Origin: Girardia tigrina
Taxonomy: Eukaryota
Reading direction: 5' to 3'
DNA length: 54,475 nucleotides
Assembly (NCBI GenBank): GCA_001938485.1
Contig: MQRK01196814.1
Location: forward strand, 4,922 to 59,396
Part shown: piece by piece, positions 1 to 11,160 of the stretch
How the letters are laid out: every line of letters begins with the position of its first letter
Numbering within the stretch: position 1 is the first letter of the stretch
The notes under the pieces: model-generated
What the model was told of the DNA's origin: nothing
What the model saw: the letters and a program-made list of their open reading frames with translations, nothing else
Databases searched by the model: none
Made by a program: the position numbers and the translations under genes

Positions 1-32
<32 letters not shown>

Positions 33-2757
33 GAATTTTGTGAACACAAGTTTAATATTTAGAAAACATAATTTGACTAAAGCTTTTTTATATAATTATT
101 GGACATGTTTCAATGTTTATATATATCATCATCTGCAATTTTTGTATATTTAATATATGAATATTGAATTGTTTTTATTTTTATATTTTAATCTGATATT
201 AATTTTTATTTTCTTTTTCTTTGGTTATTTGATTTATTCTTTTTTTATAAATATTTTTTTAGCTATGGACCAAAATTAAAATTTTCAATATTAAAAAGAA
301 ATACAAAGTTTTCAGTTTCATTCCTTTTATATTTTATTGTTTCAAAAACTTAATTTTAATGTAAAATTTTCATTCCGCCTAATAATTTAAGATTTTTTTA
401 TTCGAAATTTTTAAAAAAATTAAATAATTCTTAAAGTTCTAAAATTTACAAAAAAGTTAAAAAGGATTTCTTAAAAACAAACAAAAATTAAGTAGTTATA
501 ACCAAAAAAATGTTTACATTGTTTACAATTGATATATTTTAATAGTAAAATAATTAAGAAAAGTTTAAAAATAAGAATTTATAAATAAATAGTAAACGGA
601 TTAAAACTTATAATAATATTTTTTAAAAAAAGTGCTTTTTCTAAATTGAAAATTTTTAGGTGTATGTTAAAAATTTATAAAAATAAATTTAAAAATAAAT
701 TTTATAATTGTAAGGTAAATTTTAAAAATTAAATTAAGAGGAAAATTTAATAAACGAAATTTTGGCGAAATGACTAAATTAACGAAAAATTTGTTTACAT
801 ATATTTGCTATTGTCATTAATAAAGTTTTGCGATAATTATGGGTTCTGAAATTTCGGATAATGAAAATGGCGTAAACGCTACTTACAACATTAACTTATT
901 TTAAAAAGAATTTTTAAAAATTCTTGACAAAATTATTTTATAAATAAATTATCATTTATTAAATTTAGATATAAATTTGTAAAATACAAAAAAAATGAAT
1001 CCCTATTCTTCTTTTCTTGTTTTAATTACATTCTTTAATTATATAAAAAAGTTTTTAATTACCATATTTTCTAATTATAACTTTTTTCATTAAGAAGAAA
1101 AATATTTTTAGTGAAATATTATTTATTAATATTATTTTTAGAAATATAATTTTATTATTCTATATTTTTATTACTTTTATTTTAATTATTGACGCTTTCA
1201 AGCGACAGAAAAATGGCACTGAAATAATCATCAGAGATTTGCCCCACGGACTTTTGGCTATTAATAATCCTCACTCCAAAACCTGAATATTCCACCTGGT
1301 GTTTATAATTTATATAAATCAGCCTAAGCTCGCATTTATTACTTAAAATTTGTTCAAAACAGTCTAAAATTTTCTTTCATATCTCATAAAATTTTTGTTT
1401 CAGTATATCAAGCAAATTATGTTTTGATTTGGTTTTGTTCTGATGTTTACCAAAGGATAAAATTCAGTCGAAAATGTTGCTTAGAAACTTTTTTTAAAAT
1501 GTTTTTACTTTCATAAATTATATGAAGTGTCCCTTAAAGATTTGCTTGTAATTTATGTAAATGACTTGTTTACCATCAGAAAAAATATAACTTATGAATC
1601 CTTCAATATTTAAAAGGAACTTAAATTTATTTTTAGATTTCCAGCTTATGATAACCTTTCTCTAAATTTGATTTTTACTGGTTAAAAAAGCTATATAAGT
1701 ACAATCTTGATTTATGAAATAAAATGAAAAACTCTTAAAGATCAGAAGTTGCTAAAGATAAAATTTCTTTCAAAAACTCTTCTGGCCAGACATAATTGGA
1801 AGAAAAAAAATATAAAATGAAAGTTAAAAGAAATGTTTTTTCAGTATTTATTTGGCTTTATGCATCGGGAGTTTGCTGGAAATAAACTTCAATGATCAAA
1901 TGGAAATTCGCTTCATGACGAGGAATTTATATATCGCAGTTATAAATTATGAACGGAAATAGATAAACTTAGGTATAATTTGTGACCGAAAATAATTGAA
2001 ACTGTTTATAGATTTATTTTAATTTTAATTTACATGAATTCTTTTAGAAAAAGTAAAATGTAATAAATCAATAAATAAGCATTTATTGAAGTACCAAAAA
2101 GGATCGACTGTGACTTCACCAATAACTTAACGTATTTAAGAATTTTCAAAGCAGTTTATGACGTAAATAATTTGTTCTTGATATTTATATTGACATCCTT
2201 CTCTCTGAACGTTCAGGACTCAATCGTTTCATTTTTCTCATGATCAAAATGTTATTAAATATTTAAATGTCAATTCGCATAATTATTTTTGCTTTGCTTT
2301 CTTGTGATAAATATTTTTTATAATATAACATTAAATATATAATTAATAAAAAATTTAAATTAATTATTAAAATAAATTCAAATTATTAATATAAATAATT
2401 TAATTATGAATTTCAAATTTGAACAAGGATTTCTTTGTTCAAATTTGATGTGGATTGACTATTCATTCATGCTAATATGTAGAATTGGATAGAGGATTGA
2501 GTCGGAGGTGTACTCTGAGCTGCTAAAATCGAATGAGACTATTACGACTAAATGATACTAACAACAGATGAATCCATGCATTTAAAACGTTCTATTCCAG
2601 CTATCGAACACCGTAAAGTAATTCTAATACAAGACAATAAGTTCTACGGGACGATAAGTTCTATAACATAATTCTGTGACCCAAAAAATGTGCGTCGATA
2701 AAATGCGCGCACGACAAATGTTATTTACTTCTTATTTACAATATACTAATTTCAATA

Positions 2758-3101
2758 TTATTTACTTATTGCTAAAAATATTTTTAAAATATAAAATTAA
2801 TAGATGCTTTTCAAAATTTTTATTATTATTTACTTATTGTTTAAAATATAATATAAAAAATATAATATAATGTTTAATTGATAATAAATGTATGTTAGTT
2901 ATTCTTTTGCTCCATTTTATTAAATTAATATTTTCATTAAAATGTATATTGACATTAAATATTAAAATATATATTTTTTAGCATTAACAAATTAATAATA
3001 AATTTTCAAAAACAAGTATGCCATTCCCATTTAGCGTATTTTTTTGAAAAGCATCTATTAATTTTATATTTCAAAAATATTTTTAGCAATAAGTAAATAA
3101 T
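2758..3101. repeat. ~58-bp inverted repeat pair
   Basis: TTATTTACTTATTGCTAAAAATATTTT...AGATGCTTTTCAAAA versus TTTTGAAAAGCATCT...AAAATATTTTTAGCAATAAGTAAATAA. Confidence 0.8.
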
Positions 3102-4097
3102 GTCGGGGATACTTCCTTTTAAATGAATACTTGTTGTAATAAATACAAAGCGCTCTTCAAGACCGGGTCTTCAAAAACCACGAAAAAAAATCAAAAATGA
3201 CTCGAAGAATAGATCGCATGAAAAGGCAAGCTACTTTTTTCCGAAGGAATTCAGAAATTACCAGAAAATGCTCAAAATCATAGTTTACAATAGAAAATAT
3301 TCTGAATTAATTAAGATTAACCATTTCTTAGAAATAAGTGTTTTTTTACAAAAAAATATCCAAAAAACTATGCTGTACACCTTGCATATTAATTATGATA
3401 AATATTTAAATTGTATCCTTGTTAATCGTTAGTTACGTATTTTAGTTTTATTTTTTATTAGTATTTCTTGAATGATAGAGAGGTCAGAAGAATTGTAAAT
3501 AAAAAAATAAATAATTACATTTAACCAATCAAATTTTGAATTAAATATAAATAATATGAAATTAAGTCAAAAGAAAGTCCATCTAATTGTTTTGGCAACA
3601 TTTATTATAATAAACCAAACTTAAAAAAAATTAAGAAAACGTAATTTCTATTTATCGAGACTAAAAAAAATCTTCAGATATTAATGACTGTTTTAAGTCA
3701 CAAAATTTTAAAAATTTCCAATTTTAACTCCCTTTATAAATAATGTTCACCATCTATCACTTCAAAAGAACAATTTTGAATTACATTACTAGAAGAAGAA
3801 GACTTTATCAGGAATCAAAGCAAACCCAAAATGGTAAAGAAGTCATTTAATCTTTTCGTTTGAAAAAAAGAAGAATTACGAAATAAAAGAAAAATCTACC
3901 TACACTCTTGATTTGTCTCAGTTTGAATCGTGCTCATCTATTTCTTGCCATTCCTTTTAAAATGACAAAAGAATAATTGAGTTAGATAAATTAAAATAAA
4001 TCTTTACTAAATGAATTCCCTTTTCTGTGATCATTGTTGAATTACCTTTTTTCTGCACTTTTTGTTTTTATGAGTAGTCTAAATAATCAGTTATCAA

Positions 4098-4100
<3 letters not shown>

Positions 4101-4136
<36 letters not shown>
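4101..4136. repeat. (TA)n microsatellite, representative of more than 15 in the window
   Basis: Others lie near 1, 4662, 8905, 10536, 11479, 12892, 20933, 22075, 24394, 35536, 39519, 44962, 47349 and 54459. Two of them flank N gaps. Confidence 0.95.
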
Positions 4137-4139
<3 letters not shown>

Positions 4140-4658
4140 ATATTCCAATTAGTTTTTTTATTAAATTTAAATTAAATTATCTTGTTTTAAATACTCACGG
4201 CAATTGATATAGCCATCAAGGCATTAAAAGTATCGAAAAAATTACTTACTAGTTTTATGGCTGATTTCCAAGCTGATTTATTTGGTCAAGTTTTGTGTTA
4301 TTATTCTATTTGATCGAAATAATTATCTCCGTCATCAATTCTATAGTCCAATCTCAGTTAAAAGAAGAGAAGATTCTACTAATCATCTTTTGGTAGAGAA
4401 TTAAGTGTCTCTGGATATACAACAATACCTAAACTTATTATCTGTGATATCTATTGCACCATCAAAGTAATTTTTAATTGATTTTTATTCTCGCTGTGAC
4501 TTATTTCATATTTTGTGTAATCCGAACATTATTCGTTATATCAGTTCAATAATTTTATTCTAATAAACTATAATTATTAAATTGCGTTATAATATTTATT
4601 ATTTTGTAACTAAATAAAAAAGTCTCAAATTCCTTAAGTCGAATTTTAGGTTTGTTTT

Positions 4659-4702
<44 letters not shown>

Positions 4703-6754
4703 ACCTTATTTATTTGCTAAAAGAAATTATCAAACATAATTGAGTTTTGATTAGTTTTCTTCTAAATTTATTATTTTTCATACTTCGAAATATTCTGGAT
4801 TGTGCAGATCCATCTCTAAAAGAGGAGAATAAGGTTGACAGAGCAGTTTATCTAATCAAAATTGTGGAATGAGGTCTTTAGATTCTTTGCTCTTTTAAAA
4901 AATATTTTAATACAAATCTTCCAGAATAACACTAGATTTTTTGCAGAATGGATTTTAAAGTTTTTATATAAGAAATATTAGTTAATGTTTTGTAAAAAAA
5001 TATTTAAAAAACAATCATAACTCCTTTAGAAATAAATAAAAAATACGATTTTCTGAATCTGTTTTATATTTTATTAATTATGCTGCGTAGTTGAATTTAT
5101 AATTTAATAAATCCTTAAAAATTGTAAACTAATACTAAACTTTTTAAGGTCGAAGACCTTAAAGTTTGTTATCCAGAAACAATGTCTAGTCTCCCGACCT
5201 TAGAATATCATCCCATGTTATTTCTTATCTAAAATAAAAATTAAATTTAAAATTAAATAACTTCACTAAATAAATGTTTTAAAAAAATCCATTAGTAAAT
5301 TTTTTAGTTCAATTAAGTTTAATTTATTCAAGTTATTATTTATTCTAAAAATTAGAGCAAGTCTAATTAACCGTCGGGGAATTGGGCTCTTACCATTCCA
5401 AACAAAGTAAGTTATTTTCGAAAAAAGCTTTTGTTATTAAAATTTATGAGAAAAAAATATTTTCTCTGAAATTTATTAAAATTAACTCGGATAATATTGG
5501 CCAGCTCTCATAAATATTCAATATAATTTGTTTGATAATTGCTTTATATTTCTTTTAATTTAAGCATTTTTTATTAAAATATTTTTTCAAAAAAAATATT
5601 TTAATATTTTTTTTCTTTCTAAATTAAAGTTTGTTGTAGTTGAAAATAATATTTTTATGTTGTAATGTTTTTCTAGTAAGTATAAAAAATAATTTATGCA
5701 AAGGCTACAGGAACAACTTAGAATTTATTAGTGCAATCAATTTCTATTGATTAACCATCAATATTAGACTAAGTGAGAAAAGCTTAAAATAAAACATATA
5801 TATATACACACATATATATATATCATAATTAAACAAGATAGTACAAAAATTGATAGCTGTCAGTGGTTGGTGTATATTTGGTTTTCCACCAATACGTGGG
5901 ATATTTGTGTATGCGTGGTTATTTTCTTTGTGTGTTTTTTTGTGTAAAATCTCTGAGGAATGGTGATCGTGTTTGTGTTCTGACGACAAATTTTAATACA
6001 CTTGAAGGTTTTTATCTTCTTTTGGAAATCTCAAATGTTTCACAAATTGCAGTACGGACATTTGAAAGTGGTGATATTATTGTGATGTTATTGTAATATT
6101 ATTATATATAAAAGAATCAATTAAAAAATATAATTACAATGATTTAAATCTCAAAATTAATTACCGTCTCAAACAAGAAACAAATCAAGACCGGTCAAAC
6201 AATCCGGTTTTTCTTTTTGGACTTAATTGGGAAATTATATCGTGGTCTGTGATTATTTATTTTGTGCTTTTGTTAATTAACTAATATAGTTTCCTTTGTT
6301 TTTTGTTATTTTATTTTGTCATTTATTTATTTATTTTTTTAATTTGTAAAACCTTTATTTAAAATATGTATTCATTTTAAATTAACGATAAATAAAGGCT
6401 TTAAAGTTGGTTTGCGAGAATGAAATTGATCGTGGTTAGTTTTCTTTTTACTTAATTTTAAAGAAAAATAAAATAAATTCATTTTAATCGAATGATTTAT
6501 TCTTAAAATATTTTTAATTATTATATTCTACCCAAATTCAAAAGTATTCAGACACAAAATAATTTTTATTAAAAATTTTAAATTATGAATAATAAATACT
6601 TAAATTGTATTAGAGATGAATTAATTTGATATTTAATGATAACCAAAATACAATTCTAAAATAATTCAAAATCAAATAAAAATGTTAAGTAATAAAAATT
6701 TTATTCATATTAAAAAGTTTGTTCTCTAATTCAAAAGAATTAGTACGCCTGCTA

Positions 6755-7195
6755 TTTAAAATCTTTTGACATGGTCCTTTGCTTTTATGACATCTTCCAT
6801 TCTTCTATTAATTGAATTGTATAAATCATAGCATTTATCAATAGGAAAACTATTCCACATTACTAAAATTTTATTTTTTAAATAAATTTTATTTTTAAGA
6901 CATTATTTTCATAATTCCTTTTCCATAATTTCCATAATGTCTCTATTGGACTTAAATCTGGGCTTCCTGAGGGCCATTTTCTAAAGAAAATATTATTTTC
7001 ATTATTCAAGATTTTGGAATATTAGATGAATCACAAGATGCTCCCTCTTGTTAAAAAATGAAATCTTCATTGTCAAAAAATTGTGTAATAGTTGACATAA
7101 AACTTTTTGTTAATATCTCGGTATACTTTGTTGAGTTCATTGGGCCCTCCATAAAGGGAATTCTGCCAAGTACTTTGCTTGTTATATGTAATGGT
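6755..7195 (-). mobile_element. Tc1-like transposase relic (C-terminal half)
   Basis: GPMNSTKYTEIL...FIF*QEGASC...KWPSGSPDLSPIETLW...WNSFP...SINRRMEDVIKAKG. Confidence 0.82.
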
Positions 7196-8064
7196 CACAG
7201 TTGGTTAGCTTCTTTTTACCTTTTGTTTTATTTTCTTTTATATCACCTTCATTATATATAATATAATATTTATATTAATATTGGTGTATGATCGCTTAGC
7301 TATCTAAAATTTAAATGGATAATGATTTTAAAAAAAATAATATTATTAATATGATATTAATTAAACGTATCATAGGATTTTAAGAATTTGAACTTTCATT
7401 GATTACTTTTTTTGAATACGACTAATTTTGACAATCGATTACAGAACCAGATATTTAAACCGAATTTACCAATCCAAATATTAAAAAATATTCCTCCAAT
7501 TCAAAAGGAAAAAGAAAATTTCGACTAAAAATTAACCTACGAAGAAAAACTTTACAAAGAGAAAACAAGAAATTATTTTTAATCTATTACAAACTGAACC
7601 AGTTATTCCATTTTACTAAGAAACAATTCTAACGTTTGGAAATTAAAGAAACTAATGGATTTTGTTTTTTCCTGACACTATGTTTTCTTGTTTTGTGATC
7701 GAATTATCTTCCTTTTACCTGTCCTTTCTTTAATAATAATTAATTATAAATAATAAAGTTTGTTATTGAATATTACTTATTTATAAGTTAAATGCCAGAG
7801 AATTTATTGAATCAATCATATGTTCAATAAGTTCATTTGCCAACTGAATATATTTATATATTCTGATATTTTTTGTTAATATTATCTCTATCCAACTGAC
7901 CTTTGTCATTTACCGCCTTTTAAGCCAAGATCATCCAACTGGCATCCTAAGATTATACAACCTCAAATAATTACTTTCTCTTGAAATTTCAGAGTTCCAT
8001 TAAAACAGTCCGATAAGGATGACTCGCTACTAAGTCTTGAGATCGATTTTTTATTTTGACCCAT

Positions 8065-8112
8065 AAATAATTCAAAACGAAATTCGTCTGAAAAATAACT
8101 TTATTCCAATCA
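8065..8112 (-). mobile_element. Tc1 first-aspartate motif remnant
   Basis: DWNKVIF(S)DEFRFE with a 1-nt frameshift. Possibly the same element as 6755-7195. Confidence 0.5.
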
Positions 8113-8411
8113 TTTTTGCTCAATTTACTATGATTATGGGCCCATTCAAGTCTCTTTTCTTTATTTAAATAGGTGTCAGAAACGGTTATAATGATGTTTT
8201 AAAAATTAATTAATTTTAGATTTTAAAAACAACACTCATCCATTTTAATTTTTGATTTTAATTGAATATATTTTCAACTCTAACATTTTCCAATGTTTTA
8301 ATTTAAAAAACAATTTTTTATTCTAATTTTTTTCCGTTATACATTAATGTAATAAATATTTTGAAACTTCCTTTGATAGATTTTAAATATTAAAATTCAA
8401 AGACTAATGAA

Positions 8412-8594
8412 CCATGTTTCTCCAAAAATAAGACATCTCCTCGTATAAGACCTAGTCCAAAATTTAAGACTCTAATTTCTAAAAATTTCAAAACTGTAAG
8501 ATTTCTTAATTTCGAAAATACGCTAGTCTAAGACCTATTGGTAATTTTTCCATCAAAATTAAAATAAGACAGTGTCTTACTTCGAGAAACAAGG
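8412..8594. mobile_element. Tc2/pogo-type MITE
   Basis: Imperfect TIRs CCATGTTTCTCCAAAAATAAGACA and TGTCTTACTTCGAGAAACAAGG, with repeated internal TAAGAC motifs. Confidence 0.65.
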
Positions 8595-8869
8595 TTTCTC
8601 AAAAATTCTAACAATATATATATTCATTTTTAAAATATTTTTTTTCTATCAGACGATATATTTACATTTAAAAATCTGTTTCTAATTTTCAAACAAAAAA
8701 ATGATTAATTAATTAATTAAAAATCAATTATTTTTTTTCAAAGATTAATTTCTTTAAAATAGAAAACTGAAATAGAATTTTAAAAATTATATTAAAATCT
8801 TATTAATCAAATTTTATTTTACCAAAATATCTTAAATAAAAAAAATCATAAATAATTAATTTAGGTTCT

Positions 8870-9622
8870 AGGTGCTTCGACCACAGGTGCTTTGACCATA
8901 GTTGATATATATATATATATATATACACACTATATATGAGAACAAAGAATTTGTTTGTTTTTGGTCCCCATAAAGGCTGGTGCCAGGCCTACTAGATTTA
9001 ATATTAAACAGAAAGTATTCACATACATCATCATCAGCAATATTTGGAAATTTAGCATTTTATTATTTGTATAGTTCTCCATGATTTTGGCTTGTGTGGG
9101 TTAGAATCTAATATTTTAGTTGTTATTAATAATATGATTTTAAAATGTATTTAGAATATTAATTAGAATATTTTTTTAATATATTTTATTTCATTAAAGT
9201 ATTATTGGGTAATAATGGCAAAAATATTTTAATTACAAATTTTAAGTATTGAAATGACCTTAATGGGCAAAGTAAAGTTATTTCGATACTTAAAATTTTT
9301 AATTAAAATATTCTTTTTGTCATTATTACACAATAATACTTTAATAAAATAAAATATATTAAAAAAATTCTATTTAAACTTAATATACATTTTAAAATCA
9401 TATTATTAATAACAAATAAAATATTAGATTCTAGCCCACACAAGCCAAAATCATGGAGAACTATACAAATATTAAAATGCTAAATTTCCAAATATTGCTG
9501 ATGATGATGTATGTAATCATCGAAACATGTCCAATAAATATATAAAACAAGCTTTAATCAAATTATATTTTAAAAATATTAAAAGCTGTGGACAAACCAC
9601 CTATGGTCAAAGCACCGCATAC
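8870..9622. mobile_element. Foldback/Mutator-like element with 15-bp tandem subterminal units enclosing the palindrome
   Basis: GGTGCTTTGACCATAG on the left is inverted as CTATGGTCAAAGCACC on the right, and each side has two 15-bp units. Confidence 0.55.
9021..9514. repeat. ~494-bp near-perfect palindrome (foldback)
   Basis: ACATACATCATCATCAGCAATATTTGGAAATTTAGC... is the reverse complement of ...GCTAAATTTCCAAATATTGCTGATGATGATGTATGT. The arms match up to a short spacer near 9268. Confidence 0.93.
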
Positions 9623-10552
9623 CTTAATTTATTAACAATAAACAATGATATAAACTACTTATATTATTTTTGTTTTAATGAACATAAATTTTTATTTCAC
9701 AATCTAATGAAACAAATTATTTCTTTTTCACTGTCAGCATCAATAAAACGGAAACGGAACAAATTATGAAAATAGGAAGTATATTTTTTATCATAAAGTT
9801 TCATTTACATTATTTGTTATTCAGTTGTTATCAATAAAATATAAATATTATTTTAAAAATAAAACATTGTGAGTTAATTTTAATCGTTTAATTATAAGTG
9901 ACTCTTAATAAAGTTTCTCGAATCGTATAGGGCAAATATAAATTTATACTTTAATAATAAATATGTTTTTGTTGTCGTTGGAATAGCTAAAACTGGCAGG
10001 TTAAGAGTCAATTACAAATACGTTTGTAATCTATAACTTTTAAATACTGAAATTTAAGGAATTTATACAAACTACTTGATTAAAGCTTATAAATATTTGT
10101 AGTAAATTATTAATAAAAATACATTTGTTAATATATGAAGAAGAAAAGAAGTTTTCAAAGTCAATTTTTGAATTACTTTGAATTTTGAACAAGTAATTGA
10201 TCAACTAGTGATAATACTCTAATAATAATTGATCCTGTTACGAGACTCTAGCCAACTTTGGATTGATAATTAAGTAACGAATTCGTGTAAAGCCGAAAAA
10301 AAGTTTTCTTTCTGGAACTTGATACATGCGGTTTATAAAGGTATAGTATTGAAAAAAAATGATTGCAATGTGTAATATTACAAATGCATTTCAATTCTTT
10401 TTGTCATTTTTTTGCAGTCAAAGATCCATAGGCTTCGTTAGATTCTCTTAACGAAAAAGACGAATAAAAGAAATTTTGATCTATTTCTAAGAAATAATAC
10501 TTACAGAATGAAAGAAAATCTTCGATTTAAAGAAAATATATATATATATATC

Positions 10553-11160
10553 AACAAATAATATTTTAAATTTAAAAATTATTTCTCAATCATTTAAAGT
10601 TGAGAATATGTTTTGCAATAAATCACATACTCCTTTAGAATTGTGTTCGGACATTGTTTATCAATACACATGTAATGGATGCAATGCCACATACATCGGA
10701 GAGACTGCCCGTCATCTCTGCAAACGAGTGCAAGAACACAGTCAAAAAGGGGGAAAGAGTAATATTGCTGAGCATAAAAAAAACGTGTAAATGTAATGTG
10801 AGCATAAATGATTTTAAGATTTTGTGCAAGCATTTTAAAAATTATTGGGAGAGAGTGTCATGTGAAGCATTGTTGATAAGATCATGTGATCCTAAAATCA
10901 ATGTTCAAACAGCACTCTCAACCAATTTGTTAAGAGTTTTCGATTAGACTTACGTAAGTGATTGCATAATCATTCATTACTTATATAAAAGCAATAAAAA
11001 AGAACATAATCAGTGATCTGATGATGACGGTTAAACCGTCGAAATATATTATCACGAAGTATATTTTCAAATGGCGTTTATTTGTTCAAATGAAAAAATC
11101 TCATTTTAAAAGAAAAATTCAATTTCAGTCTTTTGCATTCGGTCATTTGACCGGATCCCA
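10553..11160 (+). mobile_element. 5'-truncated Penelope-like element: GIY-YIG endonuclease (frameshifted) plus 3' UTR/pLTR
   Basis: IVYQYTCNGCNATYIGETARHLCKRVQEH...NIAEHKK, then a frameshift in the A-run near 10780, then CKC...FKIL...EALLIRSCDPKINVQ. The CxxC and H...H Zn motif is present. It begins right after a (TA)n tract, and the 3' boundary is approximate. Confidence 0.9.
11013..11055 (+). ncRNA. Minimal type-I hammerhead ribozyme in PLE 3' region (pseudo-LTR)
   Basis: GTGAT-CTGATGA-T-GACGG-ttaaa-CCGTC-GAAA-TATA-TT-ATCAC. Stem I is GTGAT/ATCAC, the core is CUGAUGA...GAAA, stem II is 5 bp, stem III is palindromic (AATATATT) and the NUH triplet is AUU. It lies ~65 nt downstream of the GIY-YIG stop codon. 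Confidence 0.88.

Noticed and set aside
1185-1240. Minus-strand CTGATGA...GAAAGCGTC resembling a hammerhead
   Set aside because: The bases after CUGAUGA do not pair with those before GAAA, GAAA is sequestered in an alternative stem, and stem I does not form.
1440-1580. Possible CR1 RT remnant (VIYVNDL)
   Set aside because: A single short motif with neighbouring motifs too decayed to support a call.
2676-2870. Short F/I/L/K/Y-rich ORFs (also 11981, 27099, 45503, 46419, 54214)
   Set aside because: Expected by chance in AT-rich DNA; no motifs.
9498-9510. CTGATGA occurrences at 9498, 15637 and 45946
   Set aside because: None has a stem II followed by GAAA and a UH triplet.
10553-10947. Alternative genetic code or selenocysteine readthrough in TE ORFs
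   Set aside because: Interruptions are mixed frameshifts and all three stop codons, consistent with neutral decay.
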